DNA of 64,000 nt from Phaeosaccion multiseriatum (GCA_965112735.1 OZ218965.1:1922001-1986000); one strand, 5' to 3'; shown: positions 39,601-52,269, numbered from the stretch's first letter. The notes: generated by a model from the letters alone, not told the origin. Numbers and translations: made by a program.

Positions 39601-41869
39601 CCCCCGCCTTCTCCTTCTCCCTCTGCTCCTCCTTCAGCTTTGCGATGTCCTTCTCGCCCGTCACCCGCCCATCAACATACACTCGCATGCTCTCCGCTGG
39701 GAGTGCACCAGATGGTGATACGGCACCAGCGGCGGGCTGAGCGAAGACGCAGGCAACGTGCACCCACTGGTTCTCCGGCAGCGCGTCGCCCGCCTCCAGA
39801 CAGAATATGCCCAGGGGGGGAGGGCCCGAGTGGGCCAAAGAAGAATAAGAGGCCCCTCTAGGGTTCGATCCGGGCTCATGTTGGGATGTTGCAAGCCCCA
39901 TCCCCCCTACGGTGGCACCTTCGTCGTCGTCGTCGCTCTTGTTGTTGTTGTTGTTGCTGCTGTTCATGTTGCTGCTGCTGTGGTTGTTGCTCTTGTCGTC
40001 GTCGTCATCGTCGTCGTCGTCGTCGTCGCTCTCATTGTTGTTGCTTCTTCTGCTCCTGCTGCTGTCGAGACTGTGGCCTGGGCCCTCTCTGCCCCCTGCC
40101 CCTTGGCTGTGCGATCCTCCCTTCGACCTTGGCATGGGCGACACCACAACCATCTGCACAAAGGTGGGCGTCCTCCTCCCCCGCCTCTTCCTCCTTCTCT
40201 CTCCTCCAACCCCTCCCCCCCCATCCTCCTCCTCCCCCTCCTCCTCCCTGGGATCGCTCCTCCTGATGAGGTAGACACTGGGGTGTCCTTCCTCGTCGCG
40301 CAACCCCCCGTCCTCATCCTCCTTGTTCACCCCCCCTCCCACGCCGCCACGTGTCGTCCCCGCTGCCGCCGCAACAGCCACCTCGGGCACGCGTGCGCAG
40401 AGGCGCATTCGCACGTCGTTGTTCCTCCCCCCCCCCCTCTCTCCACCTCTTCCTCCCCCTCGTCTTGCTCCACCACCTGCACTGCTCAATAATGATGATG
40501 ATGAATCAGCGCACGAAGGAGAGGAGGAGGAGGAGGAGGAGGAGGAGGAGGAGGAGGAGGAGGTCGAGGTCGAGCTGACCCAGACCCAGAAGCTAACCGC
40601 AAAGCCCCCCCCCCCGTCCTCCTCAAAGGCTTCAGGAAACGTACTAGGTGTCAGGTCCATCAACGCCACAGGCCCAGTGTTGCTTCCCAGGAGGGCATTG
40701 GCCCTTGACTGCACCAGGGCAGCCTCCTCCCCTTGCCTCTCCCTCGTCAGGAGGAGGAGCGTCTCTTGTGCCCGCCGAAGCTCTCGGAAGAGAATGTGCA
40801 GACTCGCTTCGACGCCCTGCTGCTCAAGCTCGTCCACGCCGTAAGTGCCCTCTCGTGCTGTCTGCGCGTTGCTATCACCCCCTGCCTTGCTGCTCTTGAC
40901 GTCAGCAATCCCTCGCCAGCTACTCTGCTCCCCATAGGATTGTCCATGCGCTTGCCCATGTTCTTTCCCCACCTCAGATGGCTGCGGCCTCTGCCTCTGC
41001 CTCGCTGCGGCGCGGTCCCAGAGCTGCAGGCAGATGAGGCGGAAGGCTGTGAAGGCGCTGGCGTGCAGCTGAGCACGCTCTTGGGAACGTTCTTCGGAAC
41101 GCTCTGAGGAACGCGCTTCACTGACATCACCAGCACTATCACTATTCCACGCTGGCCTTGACCCATGCAAGGCCCGCCCCTGACCGAGGCAGTGGTGTTG
41201 GCCACGCACCAGCACGGCGCCCTCAGTGTCACTCAGGACTCGTCCCAGCAGCGAAAGGACCCTCCCAAGTTGTGTAAGTTGGGTAGTCGGCACCCCAACG
41301 CCGCTTCCTCCTCCTCCCTCTGTCCCCCCTGTCGGAGAGACGCGGACAGCCAACGCTCGAAGGAGAGCCATCTGGAGCCCCAATCGATGCTGCTGCTGTA
41401 TCACCAACTTCTCCTGGTGGTGCTCCTCCTCCTCCTCCTCCTCCTCCTCCTCCTCCTCCTTCCTCTTGCTCTTCTTTGTCTTCTTCTCCTCCTCCTCCTC
41501 TTTCTTCTTCTTCTTCTTGCCTTGTACTTGTCCTCCCTCCCCTTCTCCCTCCCTCAGAGAGGTATGGAGTCGGTCAGCCAAGGCCCCGTACAACCCCGTC
41601 AAGGCCGAGAGTACCTCCTCGACCGAACGCGCATCCGCGCCTACCAAATCGTCCAGCAGGTGGGCGGGAAGATGACCCTCCCCCCAGGGGGACACATCCC
41701 CTTGCCTAGGCCTGGGCCCGCTTGCAAGGCAGTCGGCGATCTGTTGGGCTACACGCATCCCAATCATGTCACCGCCCCCTCCATCTTGTGTGAAGCCCTC
41801 TTTCCCTTTCTGTAACGCTTCCGTGGTCAGCTTTCTCCCCTTGCTGCTGCTGTTAGTGCCCGCTGTAAC

Positions 41870-41902
<33 letters not shown>

Positions 41903-43277
41903 CACATGACTGCTGCCTCCCTGCCCATAAGACTGCGAGGGGCTCAGACTCAGCAGACTGCTCAACAGCTCCAACCCGCCCGCCCTGAGCCTGGCCCTGA
42001 TGCCCTGGGCCGCCCTCCTCGCGAGCGTGTCAGCACCGAGCGGGAGGAGGCCCACGCACAGCAGCAACTCCGCCATGGTCCGTCCACTGCCATCCCTTCG
42101 GGTGCCACCCCTGCCCTCCCTACTATCCACTGCCATCCCCTGCCATCCCCTGCCATCTTCATCTTCGTCACAGCTGCTAACGTCGAGCGCGTGCATGGTC
42201 AGGGCGAGGAAACGCATCTCTCCATCCTTCCCATATGCCTCTTGCTCTCCGCGTCGGCTGCCATCCCCGGCTCTGCGGCTCCACCCGGCCAGCGTCGCGA
42301 TGGCTCGCTGCATGTTCTGCTGCCCATATGCCTGCCCATATGCCTGCCCTGCTCCACGGCCGCCCGTGGCCTTGTGCAGACGCTGCGACAAACGTCTCGA
42401 AGGGGCCGACGAGGAGGAGCGGTGCAACAGCTGCGACGACTGTACCACCAACCCCTGTCCCTGTTTGGGATGAGGGCTTCTCTGCTGTAGCTGCATGGCC
42501 TCGATTCTGACGCTGCCGGAGAGGAGGAAGCGGCAATTCTCCCTCACCATGTCTAGAACCCGTTCCGCACGCGCACACCCACACCCGCCTCCACCTCCTC
42601 CTCCCTCCTCCTCCTTCTCCTCCTCCGCCTTCCGCTCACCACCCCCCTCCTTCCCCTCGTCGCTCTCCTCTTTCTCCCCACTCTCGCCCCCCCACGACCC
42701 TGGCTTGTCCTTCCGAGTCGTCTCGTGTCGTCCTCCTTCCCTCGAGCTCTCTACCGCTAGCACCGCCAGCCTCTCCAGCTTCTCATCAGCCTCCCATCTC
42801 GAGCTCTCTACCGCTAGCACCGCCAGCCTCTCCAGCTTCTCATCCGCCTCCCACAGGGCGTCCATCACACTCATGAGCGCCGCTGGGGCAGGAGAGCCGG
42901 GCTCGGGTCTAAGACGAGCAAAGGCGTACGCCTCCGCGGCCATTTGTGAGTTGCTGCGAAGCACCACCGCAAGGAGGGCTCGCAGTGCCTGCTCGAGCTT
43001 GGTGATCACCGAGGGAGACAGCATCGAGGAGTAAAGGCCTCTACCATCACCACTACCACCACCACTAATAATGCCACCATCGCCACAAGTAGCAACAGCG
43101 CTAGCACCCCCCGGGGCGGTGGTCGTCGGTGCGTTCGTTGAAAGCTTCTGTAACGCTCCTCCCTTGCGGTTACGCACCCCCCCACCACCGCCGCTGCCCA
43201 GGGGGGTGGTGCCCCGGGGGGTGCCCACGGAGGAGAGCAGGGGGGCCGAGGTGGGGGGCTGGCGGTTCAAAGACCCT

Positions 43278-43312
<35 letters not shown>

Positions 43313-45018
43313 CTGTTGTTGTTGCTGTCCCCTCCAGCCCTCTCTACTCACCGCCCTCTTGCCCCCCCCACTCCCCTCCACCCTCCCACTCCCTTCTCCC
43401 CTCCCATCCCCTTTACCACCGCTACCGTCGTCTCTGGATGATGCCGCCGCCCGAGCGGCTACATGAAAGTGCCTCATCCACGCAAAGAGGCTCTGTGACG
43501 CCCCCTGGGGTCTGTCTGCAAGCAGATCTTCCACCAGGTCGGGCGCGTCCTCCCCACTTGAGGCCAACGGTCTAAGCTCCCCCCTCCCCGCTCCCCTGAC
43601 CGAGGCAGGGCCGAGGGATGGTGACCTTGCCCGCAGGGGAGGAGGAGACGACATGTTGGGCGCATTGCTCAAGGAGGGGCGGTGAGTGTCGCGTGGATGG
43701 GGGCCGTCCGCTCCTCCTCCTCCTCCTCCTCCTCCTCCTCCTCCTCCTCCTCCTCCTCCTCCTCCTCCTCCTCCTCCTCCTCCTCCTCCTCCTCCTCCTC
43801 CTCCTCCTCCTCCTCCTTCATCGCCCCCTCCCAGCGGCTTGAGCAAGCCCGAAAGGCAGGATGTACTGTGTCTACGCGTTCTGATGCCCTCCCTCTCCCT
43901 CGCCTCACCACCCTCGGTGGCAGCGCTCTTCATGTCGTTGCTGCTGTTGTTGTTGTCTCCCCTCGCCTCTGCAAATGGCATACTCCTCCCCCAGCCGCCC
44001 CCCCCACCGCCTCTCCCCCCACCCGCAGCACAAGTCTTAGCAGCTCCCGCCCCCGTCTCCCCTCCACCTACACCCACTTTATAGACCCCCAAGTCTGCCC
44101 ACTTGGCGACCTCTCTGTCGGCCACAAGATAATCTGAAGACCACCCGAATCGAGATACAACCACCCTGAAGCTCTCCCCCGCACCCCCTGGGGGATCTGG
44201 CCCCCCCGGGTCTGCCCCTCTCGGGTCTGCTGCTGCGTCTGTCGTCACCGGCGGAGGTAAGTCCCCGGTGGGAGAGCCAACGCCACTGCTGCTGCGACTG
44301 CTGTTGCTGCCGCTGCTGGGGTTGATGGGGGTGGTGAGGGCAATGGCTCGAGGGGCTGCTGCAGCGACGAGTGAGGCTGAGGCTCCTTCTGTCTCCCCTG
44401 CCACGGCATCAACATCAAAGGCGTCGGAGGAGAGGAAGGCCGAGCGTAGCACCATCTCGTGCGCGGCGTCGAGCGTTGGCGTCGACTGAGGTCCACCCAC
44501 TATATCACCAACTGGTAAGGCCGCAGGGAAGGGGGCCACGTGCACGAGGAGTGCGGCGAGACGGGCGCAGAGCGTGGACAGGCAGGCGCCGAAGTCCGTC
44601 CAGAGAGAGAATCCGTCAAGAGATAGAGTCAAAGGTAGACACGGCGACAGAACCCCAGCCCCATCCGTCGACTCAGTTTCAGTTTCAGAGCCCTTTCCTT
44701 TCCCTTGGCCCTGACCCTGCCCCTGATGCCCACTCCGATGCCCAATTTGGTCTCTGAGCCTGTTGAGCTGCCGGAGGACAGGCACAGCAAGCGGGAGCAC
44801 ATGCGTTGCTAGAGCGATGCCCTCGCCTTCACGGGCACGTGCGACGCGAGCCCGCTCATCGCCCACCTGCCCTCCTCCTTCTTGTCTCCTCTCCCTCTCT
44901 AAGGGCCGCTCCAAGAGGCACTCCGACGGGCTTGAGAAGCTTGAGAAGCTTGAAAAGCAGGATTGGAGGGCGCTGAGCAGAGGCATCATGGCACCGAAGC
45001 AGTCCTCGAGGCACGCCA

Positions 45019-45053
<35 letters not shown>

Positions 45054-45575
45054 ATCACCAACTGCTGCAGCTGCTGCTGCGGCCCCTCTTCGATGTCCCG
45101 CAGGAGACAGGCAAGGGCGTCGTGCCAAACACCGAACAGCCTTGTGGTGGCAGAGAGCGTGAGCTGTCGAGCGGCGGCTGCTGCAGGAGCAGTTGGTGGT
45201 ACAGGAGCAGTTGGTGGTACAGGAGCAGTTGGTGGTACAGGAGCAGTTGGTGGTACAGCAGCAGGAGGAGCTCCTGGTGACGCTTGTGGTGGCTGGCTGG
45301 CGCTGGCCCACAGTAAAGCGAGCTGCCGCACCAGGGCCCGCAGAAGAGGCGTGTACATTGTATGCTCGCTCTCGTTGCCCCCTCCCTTCTTCTCCTCCTT
45401 CTCCTTGTCCTCCTCCTCCTCCTCCTCCTCCTCCTCCTTCTCCTTCTCCTCCTCTGCCTCTGGCGGAGTCACATGCCCACCCCCCGAGGCTCCTCCACCC
45501 TCCCTCTCCCCCCCTCTGCAGCTTCGTTGATAGTGGTCAAGGAGCTTGTTCAGCACGCCCTCGAGATCATGATAG

Positions 45576-45610
<35 letters not shown>

Positions 45611-48600
45611 TGGCGCTGCCTCTGCTATCATCACGTTGGGCTCCAAGCGCCTCTTCTTCTCCTCCTCTGTGCCTCCCTCGCTGCGACTGACCATCCCCCG
45701 TCCACTGCCATCCTCACCCCCACTCCCCTCTAACGCGGCCCTGACGAGGTCCCTCGCGTAGTCTTCAGTGGCAAGCCCCTCCGTCAACACGCCAAGCAGA
45801 CAGCCCCGCGCTACCCCAGCCTCCCCGCCCCATATGCCTCCTGCTGCACCGCCCTCCGCACTGGCATTCGCATTCTCCGTTCGCTTGCGTTTGCGCTTCC
45901 TCCGCCGCTGCCCTTGGCCTTTGTCTCCAGTCTCTTCCGTCCACCCACCAACGACCACGGGCGCCCCAGCCCCTGTCACTGCCCTTGCCCCAGCACGGCA
46001 GTCGTCGTCGAGCCTGTGACCACCACCCCCTGCCTCTCCCTCTCCCTTCCTCTCTTCCTCCCCCGCTAGCACCGCCGAGAGAAGCCTTCCCCTCTCTTGG
46101 GTGGTCGGGTAGAAGACGCTAAAGCCTGTGCGAATCGCGTCTGCCAGTTCGAATCGTATCGCCTCCGCCGCCTCGGAGAACAAACCCCGGGGGTCGGACA
46201 CGTCCTCTGCGTCAAGTGCCATCCCGGCTCCCTGCCGCGGCCGGCCCCATCCACTGCCATCCCTCTCCCCTTCCCCTTCCCCCTCCTCCTCCTTTTCCTC
46301 CACCTTCTCCTCCTCCTCCTCCCCCTCGCCCTCCTCTCGAGCGAAGGAGGAGAAGGCGAAGGCACTGGATGGCGTTGGTTTGGGACTCGCCACGACACTG
46401 ACGCTGTCTTGATTACTGCAGTCTACTCCTCCGAGCCGGCTCAGATCGAGACCCAGGGGGGCATCCTCATGACAACCATCTACCCCGGTGGCCTTATCGA
46501 CACCCCCCTGGATCTGCTGTGTGTGATCTGCTCCCTTGTCTGGGAGCCTCTCTGACCCTGACCCTGACCCTGACCCTGACCCTGGCCCCGACCCTGATGC
46601 TGACCCTGATGCTGACCCTGACCCTAATCCTGGCCCTGACCCTGGCCCTGGTCCTACACCTGCTACTGCTGTTGACGCGAACTGCCCCGCTCCTCCGTGC
46701 TTCCTCGCGCCGTCTCCCTCCTCAAAGAAGGACGGCATCAGCTCAACCGAAGACGACACAGAGCGAAGCTTGTCCACCCCTCCTCCTCCTCCTCCTCCTC
46801 CTCCCTCCTCCCCCCCCACCCTCCCGAGTGGTGTCTGTCTCTGCTGCTTGTGCCTCATCCATGGCACGGCGAGGGCGTCACTTTCGAGTAGGAACATTTG
46901 CAGTAAGTCAAGCACTTGCCTGAGCAGACTCGCCATCTCTGTGCTACCGCTGCTGCTGCTGCTGCTGCTGCCGCTGCCGCTGACGATACGACTGCTGCTT
47001 TTATCGGTCTCATCGGCCTCGCCAGCTCCACCCTCGGCTACAGTTTCAGTCTCAGCTTCAGCTCCAGACTCCGTTTCAACTTCAGATGGGGTGGCAGCAG
47101 CAGAGGTGGGAGCAGCAGCGCTGGAAGCGGCAGCAGTAACAGTTGGTGGTACAGCAGCAGCAACAGTTGGTGGTACAGTAGCAGCACCATGGCTGCCCTC
47201 CGATATCGCTTGGGGCTGGGCCACGATGGACGCGTTCCTCTGCTGCTGATGATTGTATGGGGGAAAGGGACGGTCTGCTGCTGTATCACCAACTGCTGTA
47301 TCACCAACTACTGCTGGTCCTGCCGTGTCCCTGCTACCCCCCCCGCTGCTGCTGTGGCGTGCTGAGGAGCGTGAGTTGCCATCCCCCCCCCTCCTAAGCG
47401 CTCTCAGTGTGGAAGTGTACACCAGGAGGCGCAGATTCTCCTTGAGAATACCGAGGGCGCAGCGGAGCGTCGACAAGTGCAGCAGTTGGTTCTCCGGGCC
47501 TCCTCCCCAACTCAAAATGGCAGAGTCCGCTCCGTGGCCGCCGCCGGAGCCGCTGTCCATATGCCTGCTGCCCCCCCTGGCGAGCCGCTCGTCATCATCG
47601 GGCGACATGCTGAGGAGATTGATGCTTCCTTGGGTGTCCGATAGACCCAAGTCGAGGCAGGAGGACGTCTCGAGGTAGCAGCTGCTGCCTTCCTCCAGAA
47701 ACGACCCCCCTGCCGCGCTCAAACCCCCCTCCCTTCCCTCTCTGAGTACATTATCGCGTCCAGGCTTGGGAGACAGCGTCTCCGGCGCGGTGACGTCATC
47801 ACTAACCGATGCTCTATCATCAACGACTGCACCTGTATCCCCAACTGGCGCTGTCGTATCACCAACCGCTACCGCCGCCTCTGCCTCTGCGAGGAATCGG
47901 CTTCGAAAGTCCTTGAGAAGAAGAAGAAGCATTCTGAAAGTCTCGGGGGAGGCGTCCACTTTGCATGCTTCAAACATTGAGGGGTCCCTGTCAATATGAC
48001 TGCTGCCCATATGACTGCCGCTGAGCCTGGCCGCTTCCCGCATACCAGCTACAGCTTTTTGCAGGCCTCCCCCCGCTCCTGGCCAGTCCCCCTCCTCCTC
48101 TCTCTCTCGGAGTGCGTCGAGACCATCACCATGATGATGATGATCATGATGATCATCGTCACCATCACCACTATTGCCATTGTCATCATCATCATCATCA
48201 TCATCACCAGCACCACCGTCATCACCACCGTTGCTAGAGTCACCACCTGATCTTCCTCGGCGCATGGCGTACCCTGCCCTGGCCCTTGGCATTGGCCTTG
48301 GCCTCGGCCTTGCCCTTCCTCTTGTTGCTCTCCTCTGCTCCCCCATAGCGAGGGATGCGGTGGAGAGGCGGTCTAGGTGCCCCATAAGGACCAATGCCAC
48401 CGTCTCCGAGTCCAGCAAGGGGCCAGGCTCCTGTTGTATCACCATCTGCTGCTGCTTCGAGAGATCCGACGGGTCGGGAGGAGGAGACGCATCGAAGTGG
48501 CGGAGACGGAGCTCAGGCCTCTGCAACAGCCACAAGGAGGACAGAAGAGGAGGAGAAGGCGTCCACTCCCTCACCCTCTCCTCCTGCTGCCCTATCTCGA

Positions 48601-49535
48601 CGCACCGCCCCTCGCCCCCGTCCTGTCCTTTGTCCTGTCCCTGATGGCCGTCGAAGGCAGGCGCGTGTACATCGCTGTCTCCCACGTGTCCACTGGCGGC
48701 GGCGGCGGTGGTGGTGATGGTGTTTGTACCACCAACTGCTGTATCACCCGGTGCCTGTGCCCTGGTTGCCCTGGCTGCCCTGCCTGCCTTATCGGTGCCC
48801 ACAATGACCAGGCAGAGCTTGTCTGCGGAGGAGAGGCCTCGTACCGCCAGGCCCTTGCCCAGCAGCACGCTCGTCACCCTGCGTGGCGTTCGAACTATAG
48901 CCGTTGGTGGTACGGAAGCGGAAAGGCCACCCTGCTCTCCCCCCTGGTCGTCGCCCGCTGTGCCTCCAGCCCCCCCGCCTGTGTCGCCGGGGTACTCTCC
49001 CGGCCTCCCCCCTGCAACCCCAGGGTTACCACCACTACTCCTACCAGTGCTGCTATTACTGCTGCTGCTGCTGCCCATATGAGTGCTGCTAAGCCCTCCG
49101 GTGTTGCCCCAGGCCAGAAGGGCCCCATCCCTTGTCACGGCCGCGCTATGATCGCACCCTCCCACGCATTCTGTAACCGCCACTCCCTGCAAGGCCTTGA
49201 CATGTGTGGGGATGGTCCTATTCAAGTCGTCTCCGTGGCCGAGTTTCCCTTTCTTACCGCAGCCCCATGTGTACAGCGCACCCCCTTGGGTCACTGCCAT
49301 ACTGTGATCCCTCCCCGCCGCCACGTGCACCACCTCCTCCTCGGGTCCGACACCAGGCACAGCGAGCACTGAAACTCGCACTGGCCTGTGCTCCGGCCCT
49401 CCACTGCCATCGCCGCTGCCACTACCGCTGGTGTCAGGACTCGGCCCGAGGCCCAGCACGGGGGCCCTCTCTAACCCAGCGCCGCCCCCTCCCCCTGCTC
49501 CTGCAACGCTGGCCTTCCCGAGAGGAGGTCGACTG

Positions 49536-49573
<38 letters not shown>

Positions 49574-52269
49574 CATAGGACTATAGCCTCCTCCACAAGC
49601 ATATACTCGACCCGACACATCCAACAGCAGCGTGTGCGCCCAGCCACCCGCCATCTGCACCACCATGGTTTCCGCTCCCTCGTCGTCTCGGAGGCAAAGC
49701 CGTCGCGGCAGCAGCTCATCGGCGGCCGATGCTGTGCTATTGCCACTGCTATAGGCGCTGCTTTTGACACTGGTCTGCCCTCCTATTGTGGTGCCCTCGG
49801 CAGCGGTGCTGGTGCCGCATTGGCCTAGGTGATTCCTTCCCCAGGCATAGGCCACACCCTGTGCGCTCACCGCCAGCGAGTGTGAAGCTCCGCATGAAAC
49901 GCTGGACACCACCACCCGGGGGAGGCCGGAGGAGAGGGCCTGCGCGAGTGGGTAGGGTGGGCACAGATACGCGGGGGGGGGGGGGGGGGGGGGGCAGCTT
50001 ATTCAGTGTCTAGGAGGAGGAGGCAGCAGAGTGGTTCGAGAAAAAGGTGCCGAAAGCCGCAAAGACCCAACTGACTTGCTCTCTGTCTCTCTCTCTCTCC
50101 TCACTGACTTGCTCTCTGTCTCTCTCTCTCTCCTCACTGACTTGCTCTCTGTCTCTCTCTCTCTCTCCTCACTGACTTGCTCTCTGTCTCTCTCTCTCTC
50201 TCTCTCCTCACCTCGATCCTGCTCGGCACATGCCGCTCTCTGCAGTCTCCGAGCCCAAGCCGCCCGTTGGCTCCATTGCCCCACGCGAACACCTCTCCGC
50301 TGCCCAGCAAAGCCAGCGTGTGCCCGTCGCCACACGCCACATCCACCACGGGAGTTCGATTCCCCATGGCGCGGTGCAGCACAAAGTCGTCTGGTCCTTC
50401 CTGCTGGAGCTGCTCGTGCCGGCCTTGGCAAGGAGAGTAATGAGCGCCCCAGTACAGCTCATGCCCTCCTCCTCCTCCTCCTCCTCCTCCTCCTCCTCCT
50501 CCTCCTGCTGCTGCTGCTCCTCCGTACGTCAGCCCCGCAGCGAGGGCGGGGTGGTGCCTGCGGTCGCTGCGCTCCCCTCTCCCTCCTCCCCCCCCTCCTC
50601 CTCCTCCTCCTCCTCCTCGCCCCACTCCACTCTCTCCCCTCGCCCCTCCCTCTCCTCCCACCCCAGACTGGCTTCCTCTCAACCTCCCCGCCCTCCCCAT
50701 ACCCCAGCCAACGGGAGGAGACCCCCCGCTGCCGGCCTCCTGGGTGAACGAGCCCCACACCAGGAGCTCCCCCTGTGACGTCACAGCCACGCCCTGACCC
50801 CCCTGGGCAGCCACCTTGACCACCTTCTCTCTTCGCAGCTGGGGTACGACACGGGGCTGCTTCCACCACCAGGAGCACTTTCCACCCCTTGCTAGCACAG
50901 TCCCTCGATCGTCGCTTCCAAAGGCGAGGGTCAGTCCACTACCGCTGCCAAGGCCGCCGCCGCCAGACTCTCTCCCTTGCGGTAGGTGGCCTTTGTTGTA
51001 GCTGCGCAGGGAGGCCCCCTCCAACTCGCGCAGTAAGGGCACGACGTGGGGCAGTGGCACGCTTCCGTGGTGATGGAGAGAGGCCCATGCCTCACGGTGC
51101 CGCAGGCCTCGAGCCTCATCGCCTTTACGGTATGGCCCAAAGCTGCCGCCAGGTGGTGCTCTCCCTCCCTCTAACCCCTGATCTTGGTGGATCTCGTCCT
51201 CTTGTTCGATCACATGTACATTCTGTGCTGTGGCATGGGCAGCCGCACCGATGGCAGCAGAGGGAGTCCTCGGTGAAACGGTCTGTTGCCCGAACAGGAG
51301 GAGGCGAACCACAGCCAGCAGCCGCGGTACAGAGCCGCTCTTGACCGCCAGACCCACTAGCGCGGTGAGCACTGACCCCAACCCTCCTTGAGGAGTCGCT
51401 CCTGGTTGTTGTCGGTGTGGCTCGAGCCGCCCCGAGGGGAGCGGGAGCAAGAGAGACGGGGTGACCAGGAGACCGTGGATGGCGCCCGCCATTGCGTCCA
51501 CTACGCTGCGCATCTCTCTTTCTTCCTCTTCTTCTTCTTGTCCTTCTTCTATTTCTCGTCGTGGGTCTCCTGCCTGCACGCGGTCGCTGCGCAAGCGATT
51601 ATGATGATGCTGCTGAAGAGCGAAGGGGGGCATTTCGGTGAGAAGCGAGGGCAGCTGCTCGACCAGACGGAGAATTCCTGCAGCATTCCTGTTGCGCTGA
51701 AGCGAGTCCAAGAGCCGAAAAAAGAGCCCCAAGGCGATCTGGGAACTCACGGGGAGGCTCGAAAGCCGCACCCCACAGGCCCTTCCTGTCAGGCTGGTGG
51801 TGGTGCTTCCCCTGTTTTCTTGCCCTCCCTCCCTCGCGCCTCTCTCACTACTTTTCTCCACATCTTGTGGACTGAGGTCGCAGCTCCCGCGTGAGAGTCT
51901 GAGGAGACTTGCCAGAGCTGCAGTTGACGACAGCAGCAGCTCAGAAGAAGCCGCGGCGTCGCCCCCAGCACGCTGCAGCGCCCCTCCCTCTCCTCTCCCC
52001 TGTTGACGCTGGTGCGCCTGCGCAGCCTCCGAGAAGAGCGAGTGGAGCACCACGGCTGCCTGGGTGAAGCGCCGTGACGGCTCTGCGGAGGATTGGCGCT
52101 GCTCGGTCTGGACGAGAGGCAGGACGGGGAGATACAGATCAGGTACACGAGAGCCAGTCAGGAGGGTCTTGATTTCACCCCCACTCCAACAACAACACGA
52201 GCAATGGTGTTCCTCCCTCTGCACTATGCCCACCAGCAATTCGTCGTGACCTGTGCAAGCAATCACCAC
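24026..52269 (-). CDS. Giant HERC-like RCC1/SPRY/HECT protein (~8,400 aa; 5' end unresolved, HECT apparently truncated)
   Basis: Exons (5'->3') ~52269-50212, 49939-39238, 39049-36018, 35731-35582, 34750-29777, 29481-29402, 29168-29042, 28563-25579, 25270-24026. All internal junctions are GT..AG with matching phases. Recognisable HERC1/2-like N-terminal helices (LTALVGLAVKSGSVPRLL), RCC1 repeats, two SPRY, UBA, FN3 and a HECT N-lobe. The start codon was not identified; additional 5' exon(s) are possible at ~52.3-52.7 kb. Confidence 0.85.
24075..25270 (-). other. HECT domain, N-lobe only
   Basis: YYTLGQLLGVALRMHVPLPF...VVWQVL...LELCPGGKERRV...GFTAVVPRVALPLFTPEQLEECVCG, followed by a stop 14 codons later. 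Confidence 0.8.
25404..25510. repeat. Intronic (TAG)n microsatellite
   Basis: Direct observation, inside the predicted intron 25271-25578. Confidence 0.95.
28375..29850 (-). other. SPRY domain 2 (spread over four exons)
   Basis: CGPNLVLSGGNLTVTNV|ANKKWNAVRATVAFSSGVHSWEVHVDR|CVSKNIFVGV...YIGSDRKSWGY...|...GDTIGVHLDMDVGSLWFTRNGRDLGVA...LFPAVSL. Confidence 0.92.
29614..29736. repeat. Intronic minisatellite, 4 x 30 bp (gagtcctgacaccaatcgctaaggtcggtc)
   Basis: Units start at 29614, 29644, 29674 and 29704, head-to-tail with no spacers. Confidence 0.95.
30735..31130 (-). other. Fibronectin type III-like domain
   Basis: VGPSSVSLSW ... YTVSGLDADTRYWFRL. Confidence 0.7.
34385..34500 (-). other. UBA domain
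   Basis: LVENLIGMGFPVEWAIRAAEH...NAIAWIIE, containing the MGF motif. Confidence 0.8.
34921..35475. repeat. Intronic degenerate (CACT)n microsatellite
   Basis: Direct observation. Confidence 0.95.
35700..36480 (-). other. SPRY domain 1
   Basis: WFYEVLLLADGLMQIGW...GVGDHGHSWAYDG...WRTGDVVGVLLDL...FFLNGEDQGVAF...PAASMNVGQ|AARFNFG. Confidence 0.92.
35745..35930. repeat. Intronic ~19-23-bp minisatellite (ggaaggcagtggatgggt(caga/gata))
   Basis: About 8 degenerate units are visible. Confidence 0.8.
39390..40610 (-). other. LamG/concanavalin-A-like domain, split by low-complexity insertions
   Basis: FAVSFWVWV ... LPENQWVHVACVF ... MRVYVDGRV ... LVVGG ... VCDVQWHPRHLS, in the order expected for Laminin_G_3. 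Confidence 0.65.
48800..50900 (-). other. RCC1-like repeat region of the HERC-like gene
   Basis: VACGDGHTLALLGSGEVFAWGNGANGRLGLG; VSCGASHSLAVSAQGVAYAWGRNHLGQCG; VAAGRDHSMAVTQGGALYTWGCGKKGKLGHG. Confidence 0.92.
50071..50211. repeat. Intronic minisatellite, 4 x ~33-40 bp, each unit re-creating a GTGAGG donor-like sequence on the - strand
   Basis: ctgacttgctctctgtctctctc...tcctca units at 50071, 50104, 50137 and 50172. Confidence 0.9.

Noticed and set aside
46553-46650. (CCCTGA)n run as an interstitial telomere
   Set aside because: Short, degenerate and in frame within the HERC exon (GSGSGP linker). It is better explained as a coding microsatellite.
25595-52250. Numerous + strand ORFs antisense to the HERC-like gene
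   Set aside because: Shadow ORFs from GC-rich, triplet-repeat coding sequence, with no independent domain signal.
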